IMG/VR virus record: IMGVR_UViG_3300045988_010248
Coordinates: 1-42,801 of that record
From: a virus
DNA length: 42,801 nucleotides
Direction: 5' to 3' (one strand)
Shown here: positions 18,064-25,306 of the stretch, one piece after another
Layout of the letters: every line of letters begins with the position of its first letter
How positions within the stretch are numbered: position 1 is the stretch's first letter
The notes under the pieces: model-generated
What the model saw: the letters and a program-made list of their open reading frames with translations, nothing else
Databases searched by the model: none
What the model was told of the DNA's origin: nothing
Translations under genes and position numbers: made by a program

Positions 18064-18538
18064 ATTTAAATGTGCAACCTTTACATCTCTTTTTGTACCC
18101 TCTAATTACTGCTGATACAGCTCCATGAGAGCACTTCAAAAACCTAGCACATTCTCTTAAAGATCTAAACTGCTTAAACCATCCTGATTCGTGAATAGCT
18201 ACAATAGACCTTCCTCTGGTTGAAATGTTGTCCAACGTGTATAGGGAATGCTGTGCATTTTCTTTAGCAGTACACCATTCTAAATTAGACAATTGATTAT
18301 TTTGTTTGTTCCCATCAATATGATTAACTTGCGCATTTTTAAATGAAGGTTTCAAAAAAGAATTTAAAACCGCTTTGTGAACGGCGATACCCTTTCTTTT
18401 TCCATCTATCATTAAGTTAATCATAGGATACCCTCTAGGATTCAAAGAACTCTTAAGGATCTTTCCTTTCTTAGAGTAGACGTTTCCTAAATCATCTACT
18501 GAATATTCATCACTACAAAATAGTTTTACTTTCTTCAT
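18026..18538 (-). CDS. Free-standing HNH homing endonuclease
   Basis: 170 aa. It has a NUMOD4-like N-terminus, the HNH core VNHIDGNKQNNQLSNLEWCTAKENAQH, and a C-terminal helix-turn-helix-like module. AAGG RBS. The 3' end overlaps tRNA-Leu. Confidence 0.85.
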   Translation of the reverse strand: MKKVKLFCSDEYSVDDLGNVYSKKGKILKSSLNPRGYPMINLMIDGKRKGIAVHKAVLNSFLKPSFKNAQVNHIDGNKQNNQLSNLEWCTAKENAQHSLYTLDNISTRGRSIVAIHESGWFKQFRSLRECARFLKCSHGAVSAVIRGYKKRCKGCTFKWVDGEIGETQHT

Positions 18539-18573
18539 ATAAGTACCTTATAACAGAATAGTTGTATTGTTAT

Positions 18574-18661
18574 TGGCGGAAGTAGTAGGATTCGAACCTA
18601 CGAGCCATCTCTGACTGACGGTTTTCAAGACCGTTGCATTAAACCACTCTGCCATACTTCC
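18574..18661 (-). tRNA. tRNA-Ser (anticodon UGA), class II, CCA encoded
   Basis: Hand-folded, 88 nt. Acceptor GGAAGTA/TACTTCC; anticodon arm ACGGT-CTTGAAA-ACCGT; long variable arm; T arm GTAGG-TTCGAAT-CCTAC; discriminator G; CCA. Confidence 0.92.
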
Positions 18662-18802
18662 TGAATTCTGTGGGGGTAACCGTTGCCCCCTTTCGGATCT
18701 AATTCGGTAGACATCCTAGTCAGTAGCGACCTGACACTCTTAAGAGCCGTAGGACTTCCTCACTTCTCTTATAGTGAGAGGAGTACAATCAAACAGCGTA
18801 TT

Positions 18803-18889
18803 TGGTACGGCGTGGAGGAATCGAACCCCTTGGCTCCTTCCCGATGTTTTATGCCGATAGTTTAGAAGACTATTTCGGGGGCACGCCGT
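18803..18889 (-). ncRNA. Aberrant tRNA-like element (UCU anticodon-type hairpin, no recognisable D-arm)
   Basis: Perfect 7-bp acceptor ACGGCGT/ACGCCGT, then A-CCA. T arm (A)GGGG-TTCGATT-CCTC(C). Hairpin ATAGT-CTTCTAA-ACTAT. Only 9 nt separate the acceptor from this hairpin, and 26 nt separate the hairpin from the T arm. Confidence 0.4.
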
Positions 18890-19298
18890 GTAAGTTAATT
18901 ATTGCTTCAAGTCGCCTATTGGTGTCTCTGAGTATCTTAACACCTTCTCCGTGTAGCTCTGCACCTTCTGACAGTAGCTGTCTACATACGACGACTGACT
19001 CTGCAGTAACTCTGTCGGTATGTTGCATGATGGCTTTGTTTCCACTGTTGATGTTGTACTGCAACCTGCTAATCCGCTTATCAAGAGCAGATTGCACAGC
19101 GTCAGTGGTAGCCATGTCTTTAAGAAGTAAGTTAATCGTTGCATCTTTTCCTTTGGTTACCTCATCAATCTTTGCAATGTACTCTTTCTGTGTTGATACT
19201 AGGATCTCCCTATACTTGTTCTCTTCATAGGAAGATCCTAGGTACAAACCAACAAAGAATGCAACACCAATGATAATGGCTTTAACGTATCTAAGCAT
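18870..19298 (-). CDS. i-spanin (Rz-like) candidate
   Basis: 142 aa with an N-terminal TM (AIIIGVAFFVGLYLG), then predicted coiled-coil. It carries an embedded lipoprotein ORF in another frame and is the first gene after promoter 19305-19327. Confidence 0.6.
   Translation of the reverse strand: MLRYVKAIIIGVAFFVGLYLGSSYEENKYREILVSTQKEYIAKIDEVTKGKDATINLLLKDMATTDAVQSALDKRISRLQYNINSGNKAIMQHTDRVTAESVVVCRQLLSEGAELHGEGVKILRDTNRRLEAIINLHGVPPK
18899..19144 (-). CDS. o-spanin (Rz1-like) candidate, fully embedded in the i-spanin gene
   Basis: ATG at 19144 with AAGGA upstream. The signal peptide ends in the lipobox LAGC (MQRLTYFLKTWLPLTLCNLLLISGLAGC). The mature product is about 54 aa with two further Cys. 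Confidence 0.55.
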   Translation of the reverse strand: MQRLTYFLKTWLPLTLCNLLLISGLAGCSTTSTVETKPSCNIPTELLQSQSSYVDSYCQKVQSYTEKVLRYSETPIGDLKQ

Positions 19299-19304
19299 GT
19301 TGCT

Positions 19305-19327
19305 TCTCTCTACTAGCGTACACTAAT
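19305..19327 (-). promoter_or_regulatory. Phage-RNAP promoter
   Basis: Minus-sense ATTAGTGTACGCTAGTAGAGAGA. It is one of four near-identical copies and overlaps the amidase stop. The spanin ATG lies about 12 nt after the predicted +1 G. Confidence 0.75.
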
Positions 19328-19931
19328 AGCCTACATAGACGAGATCGCCCTCTTGTACGTCATCAATGCAACCATTGTATTCCTCAAAGTCTACCTTAGA
19401 TAGACCTGCCTTCTCTAGAAAGGTTTCTTTCTTAGAAAATTTAAGGAACTTAGCACCCTTACCGTACCACGACTTAACATCAAAACAGGGACAGTCCTTA
19501 TGGACTCCGTCAAAATCTCGATGACCACATACAGTGACCTCATCGTTATATACCCCTCTCAGGTAATCAATAAGGACTCTAAGGGAATCCTTCTGCTCCT
19601 TAGTGAAATTGTCAGTGGACTTACCGTTACGATCGATGCCACCGATCAGGCAGATACCTACGGAATCGCTATTGTGCCCTTTGACATGTGAACCAACGGC
19701 ATTCAGGGATCTACCCTCCTGAATAGTGCCATCGGTCTTAATGACAAAGTGATAGCCAATACCGAGCCATCCTTGCTGTCGGTGCATCTGATCAATCGTC
19801 TTCCAATCATAGGAATCTTTGGGTTGTGTAGCAGAGCAGTGAACAACAATGAATTTGGTTTCAGGTCTTGACTTGTAATTGATGAAACTCTTGTGAGTCT
19901 CAATGTAAGGTTTCTTATAGTTAACGGTCAT
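19323..19931 (-). CDS. N-acetylmuramoyl-L-alanine amidase (T7 lysozyme gp3.5-like) with a C-terminal extension
   Basis: Starts at MTVNYKKP (ATG 19931). VVHCSAT...GWLGIGYHFVIKTDGTIQEGR...GHNSDSVGICLIGG...KDCPCFD parallels T7 gp3.5. About 50 extra C-terminal residues are present. Confidence 0.9.
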   Translation of the reverse strand: MTVNYKKPYIETHKSFINYKSRPETKFIVVHCSATQPKDSYDWKTIDQMHRQQGWLGIGYHFVIKTDGTIQEGRSLNAVGSHVKGHNSDSVGICLIGGIDRNGKSTDNFTKEQKDSLRVLIDYLRGVYNDEVTVCGHRDFDGVHKDCPCFDVKSWYGKGAKFLKFSKKETFLEKAGLSKVDFEEYNGCIDDVQEGDLVYVGY

Positions 19932-20391
19932 TTTTACTCTTCTTCTTATCAAGCAAGACACCCCTAGGGATTTTCCTTACAGGCTCTTTTAGCCATTCCT
20001 CAGGGATCTTTTTGTCTGCATAGGGGATCTCATTCTTGTCACAGAATGATGCGTAGGTAGTCTTAGATCCCTTGTAGATAGGAGTAGCTGACCTACTAAA
20101 GACAAAACGAATGTCTAGGTTAGGATGTTGCTCTTTAATGAGCAGGTGTTTCTTTCTATCCTCTGCGTCCCATACTCCTTTGGTCTCAACAATGATTCCA
20201 TTAGGAAGGACGAAATCAGGGGTGTACTTGTGTTTGCTTTCGGGTACTACATACTCAAGATAATATTGCTCGTAGTTAGGTTCAATTGAAAAGGTCTTGA
20301 GAAGATCACTATTGACCTCCTCAAGACCTGACCTGTAAGTACCCGTATTATGCCGCCTCTTGTAGCTGTAGGCGGCCTTGCGGGTTGTCAT
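19921..20391 (-). CDS. Endonuclease I / Holliday junction resolvase (T7 gp3-like)
   Basis: 156 aa. YTPDFVLPNGIIVETKGVWDAEDRKKHLLIKEQHPNLDIRFVF matches the remembered T7 gp3 core. Confidence 0.85.
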   Translation of the reverse strand: MTTRKAAYSYKRRHNTGTYRSGLEEVNSDLLKTFSIEPNYEQYYLEYVVPESKHKYTPDFVLPNGIIVETKGVWDAEDRKKHLLIKEQHPNLDIRFVFSRSATPIYKGSKTTYASFCDKNEIPYADKKIPEEWLKEPVRKIPRGVLLDKKKSKNDR

Positions 20392-20396
20392 GTTGG

Positions 20397-20960
20397 TTAT
20401 TCTTCCTTAGTCTCTGCAGGGATAAACATGAGACGCACAAAGGCTTTAAGGGGGAACTCCTGACCACGAGAGCAAAAGACATAGCCGTCATCGTTGATGT
20501 CAAGATACCCAACACGGTAAGCACGATGACTGCCCGTAAAGTTATCCTTGTATCCCATGCCGTCTGCGCTTGCTTCACAAACCATAACATCATAGGTGTC
20601 CTCAAGGGCGTCCTCAATATCGTACTCCCCGTTGATGATGTCTTTGACATCGTACCAGACACCCGTAGTGATCTTCTTGAGTTCCTTGGGGAACTCTTCT
20701 TCTTCAAGATCCTCACTATAGACTTGGAACTTGTAGGAGTTCAGGATACCGAACAGCTTATTCATATCAGGATCCTTGAAAACAACATCAATACGAGAGA
20801 GTTCAACAATCACGCGAACAGGAACAGGAATAAGGGCACCGTTATTTACTCTTTCCTCAATAACCTCATTGACCCTGAGGTTAATCATGTCGATAGTGAG
20901 ACCACAAAGCATGTCGAACTTTTCAGCAATAGCCTTTTCAGTAAGCTTGTACTTGGTCAT
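20397..20960 (-). CDS. Hypothetical protein
   Basis: 187-aa ORF with a good RBS (AAGGAA) between SSB and endonuclease I. No motif was recognised. Confidence 0.55.
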   Translation of the reverse strand: MTKYKLTEKAIAEKFDMLCGLTIDMINLRVNEVIEERVNNGALIPVPVRVIVELSRIDVVFKDPDMNKLFGILNSYKFQVYSEDLEEEEFPKELKKITTGVWYDVKDIINGEYDIEDALEDTYDVMVCEASADGMGYKDNFTGSHRAYRVGYLDINDDGYVFCSRGQEFPLKAFVRLMFIPAETKEE

Positions 20961-20982
20961 TTTTATGTTCCTTAATTAGAGA

Positions 20983-21594
20983 TTAGAAGTCAGACGGGTT
21001 TTCATCGTCCTCAAGTTCCTCCCACGGTTCCTTAGAGGGAGCCTCATAGCCTTCCCCTTCATCACCGAAACCATAGGATTCTGCAGTACCACCGCCAGAG
21101 AATTCATTGAGCTGAATCACCTGAATGGCCACAGGGCGGAGCGAGAGGCCGCAAGTCTTGGTAGTCGGGAGGTAGTACGGACGAACAGAGAAGTTAACCT
21201 TGATGACAGAGTCACGACCAATGTTAGCCGCTTCCATGGGCTTGCCACGGGAGTCAAACTGCGGGAGCTTGATGTTAATCTTTTCACCGTTCTTCTTGGT
21301 GATCTTGGCCTTCTGCTTGAACTTCAAGACAATACGGCCTTCTTCGTCATTCTCGTAGATGTCAGACATGATAACCTTGCGGCCCTTGGCAACAGCCTTA
21401 GCAACTTCCTCATCGTTGTCATAAAAATCTTCAAGCGTTTCCTGAAGCTTTGCGATCAGCTTGCCAGTGGCTTCGTTATCGTCCATAGCAAGGTTTACCT
21501 TGTAGTCACCGTCAGGGTTGAACTTGGTGTCAGGATCCTTAAGGTACGGATACTGTGCATAACCCTTGGGGGTGGTGAGTCGAATATCGTTCAT
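20983..21594 (-). CDS. ssDNA-binding protein (T7 gp2.5-like)
   Basis: ATG at 21594 (MNDIRLTTPKGYAQYPYL) with AAGGAA upstream. The acidic C-terminal tail ends in ...DDENPSDF; a terminal Phe is also found in T7 gp2.5. Confidence 0.8.
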   Translation of the reverse strand: MNDIRLTTPKGYAQYPYLKDPDTKFNPDGDYKVNLAMDDNEATGKLIAKLQETLEDFYDNDEEVAKAVAKGRKVIMSDIYENDEEGRIVLKFKQKAKITKKNGEKINIKLPQFDSRGKPMEAANIGRDSVIKVNFSVRPYYLPTTKTCGLSLRPVAIQVIQLNEFSGGGTAESYGFGDEGEGYEAPSKEPWEELEDDENPSDF

Positions 21595-21649
21595 AGTATG
21601 TGTTTCCTTTGTGTGTACTTGGGATGTCAATCCCTTCTTGAGAGATCCT

Positions 21650-21672
21650 TCTCTCTACTAGCGTACACAATT
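21650..21672 (-). promoter_or_regulatory. Phage-RNAP promoter (downstream member of a tandem pair)
   Basis: Minus-sense AATTGTGTACGCTAGTAGAGAGA. The predicted transcript starts GAGAGAAGGAUCUCUC, which forms a 6-bp 5' hairpin. Confidence 0.75.
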
Positions 21673-21733
21673 GATTTTTTTGTTGGTTTTGTTAGCTTAG
21701 ATATGAAAGTAGAGAGGAGAACCCTAAGGCTCT

Positions 21734-21756
21734 TCTCTCTACTAGCGTACATTAAT
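21734..21756 (-). promoter_or_regulatory. Phage-RNAP promoter (upstream member of a tandem pair)
   Basis: Minus-sense ATTAATGTACGCTAGTAGAGAGA, immediately after the RNAP stop. This parallels the T7 phi1.1A/1.1B arrangement. Confidence 0.75.
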
Positions 21757-21775
21757 TGGGTTTAGTCATAGTGTA

Positions 21776-24412
21776 CTAGCTAAATGCGTACATAGACTCT
21801 TTAGCACATTCAAGGTCGAGGTCACCCTTAGTAGGCACTTCAGGGAGATCCTTGAGCATCTTAGGAGACAGGAGGTTGCAAATATGATCATGAAGATCCT
21901 GCAAAACATCGTTCTCCGTGTAGGTACTTACAAAGACTTCTCGAACAGTTGTGAACATGACAGAGCCATGACCTGCGGGTACTCCATAGGAGTCGTGAAT
22001 CATGGCAAAAGCATTAACACCCTTGTCAACACATGCACAGACAGTAAGCATCAAGTGAGAAGCGTCCATGCTGTGAACAAAGTTAGGTGCAATACCCTGC
22101 TTCTGCTTTCGACTGTCAATCTCTCCTGTAGGTTCCATAAGGTTAGGACGGAAGAACGCACCCTCTTGAACATCCTCAGATTCACCAGAGGTTGTGTCAA
22201 AAATCTTGATAGACCCAGAGAGGACAGACTTGAGACGCTTGATCTTCATCTTGGGGTACTTCTGCTTTACGGGGAAACCTGCAGGGGTAATCCAAGTAGT
22301 AGGAAGATTTTTACCTTCAATGTTCTTGTCCTTTGCAAGGAGTCCCGAGGCAGTCTGAAGCCATTCCATGGCCTCAACAGCCTTGACCACGACACCCTTC
22401 AGGGAATCCCAGATAAGACCTGCCATATAACGAGCAGACTGGGAGGGTTTTGAGAAAGACAAAGGCTTATGAGCAAGAGCAGGATAAATGGTATCCTCAA
22501 GGATCTGGTCTGCAAAACCGAACTTACTAGCACCATAGCAAAGAGTCATCGTGGGACGCTTGGTGACACTACGGGAAACCCCATGATCGAGCCATTCCTT
22601 GGCAAGGCTCTTGGTGCCCTTCTTTAGGTAGCTAGAGCCATCCTCAAGGGTTTCCATAGTGTCCCCTGTGCCTTCCTGCAGGTCCCTCTTAAGGATCTCC
22701 CTTACCTTCTCCGCAACGATGCCGTAAATGTCATGTACATGATCATCAGGCTTGAGGTTGACGGCTTCCCCACCAACAGAGTCACGAAGCATAGCAGAGA
22801 AGTGTTGCAAGCCAGAGCAGGAGCCGTCAAAGGCTACAGCAAGCCTAGACTTGAAGGATTCCCCGATTTTGAGGTACTCGTTCCACTCGAAACAGAATGC
22901 AAGGAATTCCCAAGGGCTATCCGCCTCAGTCCATTGCAGATTATCCAGAGGTTTCTCTGCAATGCTCACAATCATGTCGGAGTTGGTATAGACCCACGCA
23001 ATACGCTCCTCAAAGGGCTTTTTATCAAGACCCCACATGTTGGCACCTTGAAAGGCAAGCCACGTATGGCCATCCTTACCTAATTCAACACCTTCGGAGA
23101 ACTCAAGCATTGATTTCATAAAGTCATTGCCTTGAGGGTGAATCAGAGTCACAGGATAGACACGCCCACGGAAATCAAGGTTATGCGGGAAATAAATCGC
23201 TTCATCATCCTTGAAGTCGTTGGCAAGCTTGAGGATGCAGTTGACTAGAATCCTCTTGGCCTTACGCTTATTGTCATCCTGATAGTAGTGCGTCATAGCC
23301 TGCCTCCACTCGCGTTGTACGGCTTCGTCGGTATCTGCCTCAATAGGACGCACAGGAGGCTCCGCGGGATTCTCCGTAGGCATCTCTAGAGCCTCAGGGA
23401 TGTGCTCCCAAGAGCATACGGCGTTAGCTACTTCAAGCACCTTAGAGTTGATATGCCACGCAGTGTTCTGAATAGCATTTACAGCCTTGTAAACGTTCGG
23501 CATGTCAACATCGGAATACAGAGCATCACAATCTCTAGCAGACATACGGACAAGCTGTAAGGGTTTCTTGAGGTTGATGTAGTAACCGCCATCAAACGGA
23601 TTAGTCCAGGGCTTCGGAGGGATAACCATGGGGCGGTGTTCCATCATGAGATCTGCGAGGTAGGTGTCTTGATGTTCAATGTACGTAGCAATCTCATCAT
23701 CAAGTTCAACGGAATACTGAATGTTCCCATTAACGAAGTTTTTTACGATATGAATGAGCTTAGTATGGACTGCGAACAGTTCAACCATTTTCATACCGAC
23801 AATACATTTCTCAGTGCTACCCCACTTGTCCCACAGCTTGAGCCGGCCTTCCTCTGCCAAATACTTCTCCTTCTGAATGGCGTATCTCTTTTTAAACTGA
23901 AAGGCGATACGCTTATCCATGCCGGCCTTAAACGATTGGACTTCCCTAGGGGACATAGAGGAAAGGACAGCGTTAAACCTTACTTCGTCCTCAATGGCTT
24001 CGCCTACTTTCATCGAAAGATGGGTAAGGCCGACACGAGACATGGAATTAGACAGGATAGTTTTAGACACGATAAAGGCAATTTCATCTGCCTTCAGGGT
24101 GTTGATAAGAGTAGCCGCAGTGTGCTTTCTACCGCTCTTGCCGTTATTGACTTTATCGAACCAGTCCTGCAAGCCCTTAGCCATAGCAGGAATAGATTCA
24201 GACAAAAGAATTTTAGCAGTGCCGATGTTGGTAAGGTTATTGTCTGCAATGGCCTTATTTCTCTTAGACATGAAAGCGTTAAATGCGTTATCTTTGCTTT
24301 CAAGTTCTAAGGCTACTTCGCGGTCTACCCTATGTTTCCCATAGGTAAGACACAGGTCATCGTAGGAGTTCTCATCAATAGAGAACTTATCCATGTTTTC
24401 ATAGTAAGACAT
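21776..24412 (-). CDS. Single-subunit DNA-directed RNA polymerase (T7 gp1-like)
   Basis: 878 aa. RPTMTLCYGASKFGF, PNFVHSMDASHL, MIHDSYG and the C-terminal ...MYAFS parallel T7 RNAP motifs (MTLAYGSKEFGF, PNFVHSQDGSHL, LIHDSFG, ...FAFA). Confidence 0.97.
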   Translation of the reverse strand: MSYYENMDKFSIDENSYDDLCLTYGKHRVDREVALELESKDNAFNAFMSKRNKAIADNNLTNIGTAKILLSESIPAMAKGLQDWFDKVNNGKSGRKHTAATLINTLKADEIAFIVSKTILSNSMSRVGLTHLSMKVGEAIEDEVRFNAVLSSMSPREVQSFKAGMDKRIAFQFKKRYAIQKEKYLAEEGRLKLWDKWGSTEKCIVGMKMVELFAVHTKLIHIVKNFVNGNIQYSVELDDEIATYIEHQDTYLADLMMEHRPMVIPPKPWTNPFDGGYYINLKKPLQLVRMSARDCDALYSDVDMPNVYKAVNAIQNTAWHINSKVLEVANAVCSWEHIPEALEMPTENPAEPPVRPIEADTDEAVQREWRQAMTHYYQDDNKRKAKRILVNCILKLANDFKDDEAIYFPHNLDFRGRVYPVTLIHPQGNDFMKSMLEFSEGVELGKDGHTWLAFQGANMWGLDKKPFEERIAWVYTNSDMIVSIAEKPLDNLQWTEADSPWEFLAFCFEWNEYLKIGESFKSRLAVAFDGSCSGLQHFSAMLRDSVGGEAVNLKPDDHVHDIYGIVAEKVREILKRDLQEGTGDTMETLEDGSSYLKKGTKSLAKEWLDHGVSRSVTKRPTMTLCYGASKFGFADQILEDTIYPALAHKPLSFSKPSQSARYMAGLIWDSLKGVVVKAVEAMEWLQTASGLLAKDKNIEGKNLPTTWITPAGFPVKQKYPKMKIKRLKSVLSGSIKIFDTTSGESEDVQEGAFFRPNLMEPTGEIDSRKQKQGIAPNFVHSMDASHLMLTVCACVDKGVNAFAMIHDSYGVPAGHGSVMFTTVREVFVSTYTENDVLQDLHDHICNLLSPKMLKDLPEVPTKGDLDLECAKESMYAFS

Positions 24413-24422
24413 AGGGGATACC

Positions 24423-24448
24423 TTTAGTAAGTCTTTAGTAAGTCTTTA
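24423..24448. repeat. 11-bp direct repeat (tttagtaagtc) x2 plus a partial third copy, just upstream of the RNAP RBS
   Basis: Direct reading: 24423-24433, 24434-24444, then ttta. Confidence 0.8.
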
Positions 24449-24534
24449 TAAGGTTATATAAAGATAATTGTTATAGGTGTTAATGTAAGAGTACCTAGGT
24501 TAACACTGTTAGTTAACCTTAGGTATCTCTCTAC

Positions 24535-24557
24535 TCTCTCTACTAGCGTGCACTAAT
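24535..24557 (-). promoter_or_regulatory. Phage-RNAP promoter located upstream of the RNAP gene
   Basis: Minus-sense ATTAGTGCACGCTAGTAGAGAGA, differing from the consensus at one position. It is followed by the hairpin TACCTAAGGTTAAC...GTTAACCTAGGTA. Confidence 0.7.
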
Positions 24558-24595
24558 TGGAAGCTCCTTAAGGGTACACTAAGCGTTAGTCTATC

Positions 24596-24853
24596 TTATT
24601 TGATCTTTCCACCATGTTGGTAGTTGTGGAGCCACTGAGAATAGACAAGAAATTTGGTTTTGTCTTTCTCCGCAGATTCGCCTGCTTTCCTGCCTGCCCT
24701 GAAGGCATACTTGATAGCATTTCCCTTTAGAAATCCTTTGAACTCCTCAGGCGTTAGGATAGATTGCATGAGTTCAATAGGTTCCACAGCACCGTGATAA
24801 TGCACGGCCTCCTCAGGAGTTCCCTCTGCAGGTGTCTTTTTATTTTCATCCAT
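24596..24853 (-). CDS. DUF3310-like small protein
   Basis: 85 aa. HYHGAVEPIELM...GNAIKYAFRAGRKAG...DKTKFLVY fits the remembered DUF3310 pattern (HY..IE.I...GN.IKY.WRAGRK). Confidence 0.6.
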   Translation of the reverse strand: MDENKKTPAEGTPEEAVHYHGAVEPIELMQSILTPEEFKGFLKGNAIKYAFRAGRKAGESAEKDKTKFLVYSQWLHNYQHGGKIK

Positions 24854-24886
24854 ATTTAATGCCTTCCTAAATGAAAGTTTATGTAG

Positions 24887-24994
24887 TTAATAATAGATTC
24901 CGATAAGCTTGCAAAACATTACTAATGCGGGGAAAAGTCCAAGAATGATTGCAATTCCAATGAATACAATCAGGTATTCTTTAAGATTAAGCAT
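24887..24994 (-). CDS. Possible 35-aa membrane peptide
   Basis: The ATG overlaps the upstream stop (AATGCTTAA). The product MLNLKEYLIVFIGIAIILGLFPALVMFCKLIGIYY is one hydrophobic helix. It is below the ORF-track size cut-off. Confidence 0.35.
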   Translation of the reverse strand: MLNLKEYLIVFIGIAIILGLFPALVMFCKLIGIYY

Positions 24995-25271
24995 TCTTTT
25001 CAATCTCCTTAATGTGGTTATTCCACATGGACAGAATCGCATTCATAACACTGCCGTGCATGGAGGCCTGTCCGATGAGATCCATAGAGCCCCCTTTCTT
25101 GAATTTGTAGAGCTTTCCCTCTACATCCTCACCCCCTGAATATTTACCGGCGAAAGTGTAGATAGACTCGCAGTCCGTAAAGGTGACTGCATATGCCCCG
25201 TCTTTCCAACGATAAAAGAGAATAGAGGCTACGTCAGAGCGTTCGATGACGGTGGTGGTGAGAGTATACAT
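24987..25271 (-). CDS. Hypothetical early protein
   Basis: 94-aa ORF with an AAAGGAG RBS. No motif was recognised. Confidence 0.5.
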   Translation of the reverse strand: MYTLTTTVIERSDVASILFYRWKDGAYAVTFTDCESIYTFAGKYSGGEDVEGKLYKFKKGGSMDLIGQASMHGSVMNAILSMWNNHIKEIEKNA

Positions 25272-25306
25272 GTTATCTCCTTTGCTAGCTTGCTAGCCTT
25301 TGGACG

